From an uncultured beta proteobacterium (GTDB taxonomy: Bacteria; Pseudomonadota; Gammaproteobacteria; Burkholderiales; Burkholderiaceae_E), in assembly GCA_963849015.1 (NCBI GenBank), contig CAWKFK010000018.1, forward strand, positions 161,232 through 225,231: a stretch of 64,000 nt of DNA. The letters run 5' to 3'. A program made the translations under genes and the position numbers. The notes under the pieces were generated by a model. The model was not told where the DNA came from. It worked only from the letters and a program-made list of their open reading frames with translations, and searched no databases. Shown piece by piece: positions 53,063-64,000 of the stretch. Position 1 is the stretch's first letter. Each line of letters starts with the position of its first letter.

Positions 53063-53540
53063 ATGACCACGCTCGACATCCGGGCCATTCTCGAGCACCT
53101 GCCGCACCGCTATCCGTTCCTGCTGGTCGATCGCGTGCTCGAGGTCGAGCAGGGCAAGCGCATCGTGGCGATCAAGAACGTCACGATCAACGAGCCGTTC
53201 TTCACCGGGCACTTCCCGCACCTGCCGGTGATGCCCGGCGTGCTGCAGATCGAGGCGCTCGCGCAGGCGGCCGGGCATTCTGTCGTTCCAGACGATGGGG
53301 CGGGTCTCGGACGACCGCTCGGTCTACTACTTCGTCGGCATCGACAGCGCGCGCTTCAAGCGTCCGGTGGTTCCCGGCGACCAGCTGCGGCTCGAGGTCA
53401 AGATCGTGCGCGTCGCGCGTTCGATCTGGAAGTACAGCGGCGCGCGCGACCGTCGACGGGCAGGTAGCCGCCGAGGCCGAGCTGATGTGCACGCTGCGCG
53501 AGATCGCGCCCGGCGAAGGCCGGCGCAAGCGGCGCCTGCG
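53063..53540 (+). CDS. fabZ: 3-hydroxyacyl-ACP dehydratase (frameshifts; end approximate)
   Basis: [46 protein letters not shown]. Confidence 0.94.
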
Positions 53541-53562
53541 AAGGCCGACGGCGTCCGGCACG

Positions 53563-54382
53563 GTGCGGGCGGCGATCCACGCCGAGCGCGCCATCGTCGA
53601 TCCGCGGAGCGCGGAGCTCGATCGAGCGACGTCGAGATCGGCCCGTATCGCGTGATCGGGCCGCATGTCGCGATCGGCGCCGGCACGCGTGGTCGGTCCG
53701 CACGTGGTCGATCGAGGGCCGCACCACGATCGGTCGCGGACAACCGCATCTTCCAGTTCGCGTCGATCGGCGGCGCGCCGCAGGACAAGAAGTACCGCGG
53801 CGAGCCCACGCGTCTCGAGATCGGCGACGGCAACACGATCCGCGAGTTCGTCACGATCAATCGCGGCACGGTGCAGGACGACGGCGTCACGCGGCTCGGC
53901 GAGCGACAACTGGCTCATGGCCTACGTGCACGTCGCGCACGACTGCCTGGTCGGCGACCACACGATCTTCGCCAACACGACCAACCTCGGCGGGCCACGT
54001 CGCGCATCGGCGACTGGGTGATCCTCGGCGGCTACACGCGGCGTGCACCAGTTCTGCAAGATCGGCGCGCACGCGATGACCGGGGTCGGAACGGTCGTGC
54101 TGCACGACATCCCGCCCTACGTGATGGCGTCGGGCAACACCGCGTCGGCCGCACGGCATCAACAGCGAGGGCCTGCGGCGGCGCGGCTTTTCGCGCCGAG
54201 GCCATCAGCGCGATCCGGCGTGCCTACAGGACGCTGTACCGGAGCGGCCTGACCCTCGAGGAGGCGCGCGTCGAGCTTCGCCGGGCGAGCGCGGCGGACC
54301 ACCGGCGAGCGCCGAGACGCGAGGCGACTCGGCCTGCTGCTCGCACTTCCTGGGCTCCGTCACGCGCGGCATCGTGCGCTGA
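53563..54382 (+). CDS. lpxA: UDP-N-acetylglucosamine acyltransferase (frameshifts; start approximate)
   Basis: [51 protein letters not shown] at the end. Confidence 0.92.
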
Positions 54383-54394
54383 CCGTCGCGGCCG

Positions 54395-55597
54395 TGCGGA
54401 CTCCGCGTCGACAGGTTCCGGCGACGCATCCGGCGCATCGTGCTGGTCGCCGGCGAGACCTCGGGCGATCTGCTCGCGGGCGACGTGCTGCGGGCGCTCG
54501 GACGAGCGCGACGGCCGACCGGGCCTGCGCGCGGCCGGCATCGGCGGACCGCGATGGCCGCGGCACGGCTTCGAGCGCTGGTGGGCGTCCGACGCAGCTG
54601 TCGGTGCGCGGCTACGTCGAGGTGCTGCGGGCCTACCCGCGGCTGCTGCGCATGCGCGCGCAGCTCGGTCGACCGCGCTGCTGCAGTGGCGTCCCGACGT
54701 CTTCGTCGGCGTCGACGCGCCCGACTTCAATCTCGATCTCGAGATGCGCCTGCGCCGAAGCGGCGTCCGGGTCGCGCACTTCGTCAGCCCGTCGATCTGG
54801 GCCTGGCGGCGCGAGCGCATCGAGCGGATCCGCCGCGCGGTCGACCACATGCTGCTGGTGTTTCCGTTCGAGGCGAGATCTACGCGGAGGCCGGCATTCC
54901 CGCGACCTACGTCGGCCATCCGCTGGCCGATCGCGATCCCGCTGCAGAGCCGACGCGCGCGCGGCCCGTCGCGGCGCTCGGCGCTCGACCCGATCGCGCC
55001 GACGGTGGCACTGCTGCCCGGCAGCCGGCGCGGCGAGGTCGCGCTACATGGGCGAGCCGTTCGTCGAGACGGCCGCCTGGATGCACGCGCCGGCGCTCCG
55101 ACCTGCAGTTCGTGCTGCCGGCCGCGGGCGCGGCGCTGTTCGAGCGGCTGCAGGCGACGATCTCGGCGATGCGCCGCGCCGCAAGGCGGCTGCGTCTGAC
55201 GCTGGTGCAGGGCCGCTCGCACGAGGCGCTCGCTGCCGCCGACGTGGTGCTGGTGGCCAGCGGCACCGCGACGCTCGAGACGGCGCTGTTCCGGCGGCCG
55301 ATGGTGATCGCCTACCGGATGGCCGTGGCTCGACTACCGGCTCATGCGGCGACAAGGCCTACCTGCCGTGGATCGGGCTGCCGAACATCCTCGCCGACGA
55401 GTCGCTCGTGCCCGAGTTCATCCAGGACGAGGCCACGGCCCGAGGCGATGGGTGCGGCGCTGCTCGGCGCCAGCTCGACGATGCACCGCGTGCGCGCCCG
55501 GCTCGCCGAGCGCTTCGAGCGCGATGCACCACGAACTGCGGCGCGACTGCGCCGCGCAGGCGCGGCCGAGGTGCTGCTGGCGATGCGCGGCGCATGA
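54395..55597 (+). CDS. lpxB: Lipid-A-disaccharide synthase (frameshifts; start approximate)
   Basis: [52 protein letters not shown]. Confidence 0.92.
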   Translation, partial: CGLRVDRFRRRIRRIVLVAGETSGDLLAGDVLRALGRARRPTGPARGRHRRTAMAAARLRALVGVRRSCRCAATSRCCGPTRGCCACARSSVDRAAAVASRRLRRRRRARLQSRSRDAPAPKRRPGRALRQPVDLGLAARAHRADPPRGRPHAAGVSVRGEIYAEAGIPATYVGHPLADRDPAAEPTRARPVAALGARPDRADGGTAARQPARRGRATWASRSSRRPPGCTRRRSDLQFVLPAAGAALFERLQATISAMRRAARRLRLTLVQGRSHEALAAADVVLVASGTATLETALFRRPMVIAYRMAVARLPAHAATRPTCRGSGCRTSSPTSRSCPSSSRTRPRPEAMGAALLGASSTMHRVRARLAERFERDAPRTAARLRRAGAAEVLLAMRGA

Positions 55598-56266
55598 AGC
55601 GCGGACGATGCAGCTGGTCTGCGAGTGGCGACCGAGGCGGGCGCCGACGGCTGGCCTGCAGGCGCCGACTGCAGCGTCCGGGCGACGAGTCTCGTCTGCG
55701 GCGTCGACGAGGCCGGGCGGGGACCGCTTGCCGGCCCGGTGTTCGCGGCCGCGGTGATCCTCGATCCGGCGCGCGCCGATCGCCGGCCTGCGGGACTCGA
55801 AGCAGCTCGAGCGCCGCGCGTCGCGACGCGCTCGCGCCGCAGATCCGCGAGCGCGCGCTCGGCGTGGTCGGTCGCGAGCGCCGAGCGTCGCCGAGATCGA
55901 CAGGCTGAACATCCTGCAGGCGACGATGCTCGCGATGCGCCGCGCGGTCGCCGCGCTCGATCCGGCGCCCGCGCTCGCCGGGTCGACGGCAATCGCGCGC
56001 CGCGCGCTCGAGTGCGCGGTGCAGACGCTGGTGGGCGGCGATGCGCTCGACCCGGCGATCTCGGCCGCATCGATCCTCGCCAAGACCGCGCGCGATGCCG
56101 CGCTGCTCGAGCTGCACCTGCGCTGGCCGGACTACCGCTTCGACCGCCACAAGGGCTACCCGACTGCCGAGCACCTGGCGAACTGCTGCGCGCGCACGGC
56201 CCGATGCCCGAGCACCGGCGCAGTTTCGCGCCGGTCGCGCCGTGCTCGCTGCGGCGACGCGGCTGA
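55594..56266 (+). CDS. rnhB: Ribonuclease HII (frameshifts)
   Basis: [41 protein letters not shown]. Confidence 0.92.
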
Positions 56267-56271
56267 CGACG

Positions 56272-57080
56272 ATGCGCCAGATCGCGCTCGCGCGACAATC
56301 CTCTGTTCCGCGAGCTGCGTCGCGGTCGACGGCTCGGCGCGCGAGCCGCAGGCGGCGCGGAAGCGCAGCCTGCATCGAGGGCGTGCACCTGTGCGAGGCC
56401 TATCTGCAGCGCTACGGCGTGCCGCGAGGCCGTGGTCGCCGCGATGCGGCGCTCGAGCCGCCCGGAGGTGCGGGCGCTGCTCGGACGCCTTCGCGCAGGG
56501 CGGGTGCGGACCGGTGGTCGCTGTCCGACGCGCTGTTCAAGGCGCTGTCGACCGTCGAGCACTGGGCGTCGCGTCGCGATGCCTGATCACGACGCCACGC
56601 GCCGGACTGCCCGAGCGATGGCCGACGACCTGTCTTCCTCGACCGCCTGCAGGACCCGGGCAACGTCGGCACGATCCTGCGCACCTGCGCCGCCGCCGGC
56701 GTGCGACCGCGTGCTCACCGCACCCGAGCACCGCCTGGTGCTGGTCGCCGAAGGTGCTTCGCGCCGGCGATGGGCGCGCACTTCTCGCTCGACATCCACG
56801 AGTCGGTCGCCTGGGACCGAAGTGCTCGCCACGCCTCGGGTCCGGCATGTCGCTCGCCGCGGCCGCGGCGCGGGGCCGTGCCTCGCTGTACGACGTGCGA
56901 CCTGCGGGCGCCGGCGGCCTGGCTGTTCGGCCGGGAGGGCAGCGGTCTGGATCGGACGCTGTTGGACGACCGGGTGCAAGCGGGTGGCGATCCCGCAGTC
57001 GCGCCGCGGTCGAATCGCTCAACGTCGGCGTGCGGCCGCGGTCTGCCTCTACGAGCAGTTGCGCCAGCGCCGTCGGCTGA
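56272..57080 (+). CDS. TrmH/SpoU family RNA methyltransferase (frameshifts)
   Basis: [46 protein letters not shown]. Confidence 0.85.
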
Positions 57081-57109
57081 GCGGCCGTGCCGGCGCCGCG
57101 GCCCAGCGC

Positions 57110-57950
57110 CCTCGAGCTGCGCAGCTGCAGCTCGTGCAGGATGGTCGTCGCGATCTCCTCGATCGACTTGGTCGTCGACGACAGCCAGCGAGATGCCTTC
57201 GCGCTCATCATCGCTCGGCCTCGGCCACCTCGTAGCGGCAGTTCTCCAGCGATGCGTAGCGGCTGTTCGGGCGCCGCTCGTTGCGCACCTCCGACAGCCG
57301 CTCCGGGGCGATCGACAGCCCGAACAGCTTGTGGCGGAACTGGTAGAGCATGTCCGGCAGACGATCGCGCTCGAAGTCCTCGGGAATCAGCGGATAGTTC
57401 GCCGCCTTGATGCCGTGCTGCATCGCCAGGTACAGGCTGGTCGGCGTCTTGCCGCTGCGCGACACGCCGACCAGGATCACGTCGGCGCTGCACCAGTCCC
57501 TTGTGCGACTGGCCGTCGTCGTGCGCCAGCGAAAAGTTGATCGCCTCGATCCGCCGCTTGTACTGTGCCGAGTCGGCCGCGGTGTGCGAGCGCCCGACCG
57601 TGTGCGTCGACTTGACTCCGAATTCCTTCTCGAGCGGTTCGACGAAGGTCGCGAACAGGTCCAGGAACATCGCGTCGGCCTGCCGGACGATCGTCGTTGA
57701 TCGCGAGTGTTGACCAGGGTGCTGAACACGATCGGGCGCTTGCCGTCGGCCTTCGCCCTGGGCGGCGATCGCGGCGCAGCACGTCGTGGGCCTTGTCGTC
57801 CGAATCGATGAAGGGCAGGCGCACCTCGCGCAGGCTCAGATTCTCGAACTGGGTCAGCAGCGAGTGGCCGAAGGTCTCGGCGGTGATGCCGGTGCCGTCG
57901 GACACGTAGAAGACGGTGCGATCGAAGGGGCCGCCGGCGCGTTCGGGCAT
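57110..57950 (-). CDS. ppsR: PEP synthase regulatory kinase/pyrophosphorylase (frameshifts; end approximate)
   Basis: [51 protein letters not shown]; divergent from ppsA. Confidence 0.9.
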
Positions 57951-58157
57951 GCGGAACTCCGGAAGTGGGTCGGGAGGCGGGGCTCCGACGCCGGCGCCGG
58001 GATCGCCGGGTCGGGGGTCGACACGACCGCGTGCCGCAGGATGCGGTATTTTCCGTGCGCGGCGACGGTGGCGCGAAGTAAAATCCGCGCTCCGAACGGA
58101 CGCGGAGTGTTGCAGTCGCCGCGATGGCCCCCGGGCGTGTCGACTACAGCACTTTGA

Positions 58158-60707
<2,550 letters not shown>

Positions 60708-60793
60708 CGGCGGGCGCGGCAGGACGAGGCGGGCGCGCGTCGCGAGCCCTGCGCGCACGCGTCCGCTCGCGACGCGCGCGATCGCCCGACGAG

Positions 60794-60818
60794 ACGCCGT
60801 CCGAGGGCGGCTTCTTCG
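60794..60818. terminator. Short hairpin between convergent ppsA and the LivJ-like gene
   Basis: GCCGTC-CGAG-GGCGGC followed by TTCTTC. Confidence 0.45.
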
Positions 60819-60848
60819 GCCGCAGCCGCGTGAGCGCCGGATCGACGC

Positions 60849-61992
60849 TTACTTGACGACCATCATCTGTTCGCGCTTGCCGCCCTTGTACGTGTACAGG
60901 GTCAGCGCGCCGTCCTTGATGTCGCCCTTGTCGTCGAACGCGATCTTGCCGGTCACACCGTCGTAGCTGATCTTGGCGAGTTCGGGCAGGTACTTCTTCG
61001 GATCGGCCGAGTTCGCCTTCTGCATCGCCGCGACCATCGTCATCGACGGCGTCGTAGACGTAGGGCGCGTAGATCTGCACGTCCATGTTGAACTTGCTCT
61101 TGAAGCGCGCCCGGAAGTCGTTCCATCGCCTTGGCCTTGTCGGCGGTCGACGCCACCCGCTTCGGCGCAGACCACCTGGCCGTCGCCGAGCGCGTCGCCG
61201 GCCAGCTTCGGCAGCTCGCCGGAGCAGATGCCGTCGCCGCCCATGAACTTGACTTCGATGCCGAGCTGCTTCATCTGGCGCAGCATCGGGCCGGCAACCG
61301 CGTCCATGCCGCCGAAGAACACGAGGTCGGGCTTGGCGCCCTTGAGCTTGGTCAGGATCGCGTTGAAGTCGGTCGCCTTGTCGTTCGTGTACTCGCGGCC
61401 GACGATCTTGCCGCCGGCGGCCTTGGCCGCCTTGACGAACTCGTCGGCGACACCCTGGCCGTAGGCGCTGCGGTCGTCGATGATCGCGATCGACTTCGCC
61501 TTGAGTTCCTTCACGGCATAGCGCCCGAGCGTGCCGCCGAGCTGGCCGTCGTTGCGCCACGACGCGGAACGCGGTCTTGAAGCCCTGCTGCGTGTACTTG
61601 GGATTGGTCGCCGACGGCGAGATCTGCGGGATGCCCGCGTCGTTGTAGATCTTCGACGCCGGGATCGTGGTGCCCGAGTTCAGGTGACCGATCACGCCGG
61701 CGACCTTGGCGTCGACCAGCTTCTGCGCCGCCGCGGTGCCCTGTTTCGGGTCGGCCGCGTCGTCTTCGGCGAGCAGTTCGAACTTGACTTCCTTGCCGCC
61801 GATCTTCAGCTTCTTCGCGTTCAGATCCTCGATCGCGAGCTTGGCGCCGGCTTCGTTGTCCTTGCCCAGGTGGGCGATGCCGCCGGTAGTCGGGCCGACG
61901 TGGCCGATCTTGACCACGGTCTGCGCGGACGCGATGCCGGCCAGGGAAGCGAATGCGGCCGCGACCGCGAAGCTGACCAGTTTGAGTTTCAT
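60849..61992 (-). CDS. Branched-chain amino acid ABC substrate-binding protein, LivJ/LivK family (frameshifts)
   Basis: Signal peptide, [54 protein letters not shown]. Confidence 0.9.
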
Positions 61993-62270
61993 CAGGAGCA
62001 CTCCTCGAATGGAAAATGGAATGGAGCTCGCACCCCGGCAGGCTGCAGCGCGACAGGCGCACAACGGCGCGAATCCTAGCCCGATTCGCTGTGCCCGGCA
62101 ATCGAAGCACCATGCATCGAAGCACCAGTGCCGGCGAGGAACGGCGAATGAGCGCGCGGCCGCCGCGCAGGACCGTGCCCGCGGCGGCCCCGGCGCGACG
62201 CTGCTGCCGCCGCGTTGATGCTAGGATGACCCGACCGCGCGTCGGCCGCGAATTCGATCCGGAGGGCAGA

Positions 62271-62709
62271 GTGCAGGCGTACTGGTGGTGGTGGGGTATT
62301 GCGGTGCTGCTCGGCGTGCTCGAGCTGCTGACCGGAACCTTCTATCTGCTGGTGCTCGGCGATCGGCTGCGTAGTCGGGTGGCGTTGTCGCGTTCGCAGG
62401 CGGCGGCCTGGCTGTCCAGTTGCTCGCCACGGCGGTCGGTGCGCGTGCTTCGCTGGTACCTGCTGCGTGGCCGGATGCCGCGCCGCGGGCAGCGGGCCGT
62501 CGCAGGGCGACCGCGACATGCTGCTCGACATCGGCGAGCGCGTGCGGGTCGAGGAATGGCGCGACCGACGGCGCACGCAGGTCAGCTACCGCGGCGCAAT
62601 GTGGACGGCCGAGCTGCGCGTCCGACGACACGACGCCGGCCACGCCGGGCGAGTACCGTCATCCGCCGGATCGACGGGCACCCGCCTGATCGTGGTCCGT
62701 TGCGACTGA
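62271..62709 (+). CDS. NfeD-like (YbbJ) membrane protein (frameshifts)
   Basis: WWWGIAVLLGVLELLTGTFYLL, LDIGERVRV, VSYRGAMWTA OB-fold; precedes the SPFH gene. Confidence 0.82.
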
Positions 62710-62756
62710 ACGCCGCAGCGCCACCGTCCATGACCTTCGATCCCAGGAGAATCACA

Positions 62757-63690
62757 ATGACCGGAAGCATCTGCTCTTCGCCCTGATCGTCCTGGTCCTC
62801 GCGGTCGTGTTCGTGATCCGCGCCGTCAAGGTCGTCCCGCAGCAGCACGCGTGGATCGTCGAGCGGCTCGGCAAGTACGACCGCACGCTGCCTCCGGGGC
62901 TCAATTTCCTGATCCCGTTCATCGACCGCGTCGCCTACCGGCACTCGCTGAAGGAGATCCCGCTCGACGTGCCGAGCCAGGTCTGCATCACGCGCGACAA
63001 CACGCAGCTGACCGTCGACGGCGTGCTGTATTTCCAGGTGACCGACCCGATGCGCGCATCCTACGGGGCCAGCAACTACGTGGTCGCGATCACGCAGCTC
63101 GCCCAGACGACGCTGCGTTCGGTGATCGGCAAGCTCGAGCTCGACCGCACCTTCGAGGAGCGCGACGCTGATCAATTCCGAGCGTCGTCGCCGCGCTCGA
63201 CGAGGCGGCGCTCGAACTGGGGCGTGAAGGTGCTGCGCTACGAGATCAAGGACCTGACGCCACCGCAGGAGATCCTGCGGTCGATGCAGGCGCAGATCAC
63301 CGCCGAGCGCGAGAAGCGCGCGCTGATCGCCGCCTCCGAGGGTCGCAAGCAGGAGCAGATCAACATCGCCACCGGCGAGCGCGAGGCGCAGATCCAGCGC
63401 TCCGAAGGCGACCGCCAGGGCGAGGTGAACCGCGCGCTCGGCGAGGCCGCGGCGATTTCCGCGGTCGCCGATGCCAGCGCCAAGGCGATCGAGCGCATCG
63501 CCGCGGCGATCCGCAACCCCGGTGGCGTCGAGGCCGTCAACCTGAAGGTCGCCGAGAAGTACATCGAGGCCTTCGCCGGCATGGCCAAGACCAACAACAC
63601 GATGATCGTGCCGGCGAACCTCGGCGACCTGGCCACCTGGTGGCCTCTGCCACCAAGGTGGTTGCCACGCAGAAGGATCCGGCTACCTGA
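62757..63690 (+). CDS. SPFH/stomatin-like protein, QmcA/YbbK type (frameshifts)
   Basis: KVVPQQHAWIVERLGKY, PSQVCITRDN, LAQTTLRSVIG, WGVKVLRYEIKDL, QITAEREKRA. Confidence 0.9.
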
Positions 63691-63800
63691 GTGCGCCGCC
63701 GGACGCGGCCGCGATTTGCGTTCGCGCGGCCCTCCAGGGCAATCCGGGACAGTCCTGGACAATGCGCAGCGGACGCTGACCGGTCACTACGGGACCAATC

Positions 63801-64000
63801 ATGGTGAGTTCGCCGACGATCCTCTCTGGCGTGCGTCAGTTCCTGCGGGGGCACGCGCCGTTCTCGACGATGTCGGACGACGACGTCGACTGGGTCGCGC
63901 GCCGTCTCGAACTGCAATACTTCGCCGACGGCGAGGTGCTGACGGCGCCGGATCGCGGGCCTCCCGATGCGTGCCTGATCGTGAAGCAGGGGCAGGTCGA
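63801..64000 (+). CDS. Partial CDS with an N-terminal cNMP-binding domain, probably cNMP-CBS-DUF294 nucleotidyltransferase family
   Basis: Manual translation MVSSPTILSGVRQFLRGHAPFSTMSDDDVDWVARRLELQYFADGEVLTAPDRGPPDACLIVKQGQV; truncated by the window end. Confidence 0.6.
   Translation, partial: MVSSPTILSGVRQFLRGHAPFSTMSDDDVDWVARRLELQYFADGEVLTAPDRGPPDACLIVKQGQV

Overview
High-GC (roughly 70%) betaproteobacterial chromosome segment, Burkholderiales-like by gene order and protein motifs. It is almost entirely core genome: hpnD(partial)-hpnC; an RND efflux pair; tRNA-Leu-tig-clpP-clpX-lon-hupB-tRNA-Val-tRNA-Asp-ppiD; one IS630 element; mnmH; DUF1178; a fatty-acyl cluster (PaaH-like dehydrogenase, APH-family kinase, ACAD10/11-like dehydrogenase, GST, DMT); ABC-F-prmB-arsC-pilU-dapC-queF; smc-zipA-ligA-MTI phosphorylase; glnD-map; rpsB to lpxB-rnhB-trmH; ppsR/ppsA; an orphan LivJ; nfeD-SPFH; and the start of a cNMP-domain gene. 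Many genes, including essential ones, are broken by single-base indels. I read these as uncorrected long-read errors, so the ends of frameshifted genes are approximate. I see no phage, CRISPR array or defence island. The strongest observation is in lysine/DAP synthesis: dapC is intact, but dapD survives only as a roughly 170-bp decayed relic and dapE is absent from its usual slot, so the succinylase route looks dismantled at this locus. Smaller structures worth checking are a 17-bp triplicated ATGA relay of mini-ORFs between hpnC and hpnD, a hupB -35 box sitting in the loop of a 15-bp perfect inverted repeat, a possible attenuator before smc, and likely leaderless hpnC and map. All homology calls are by eye from recalled family motifs; no searches were run.
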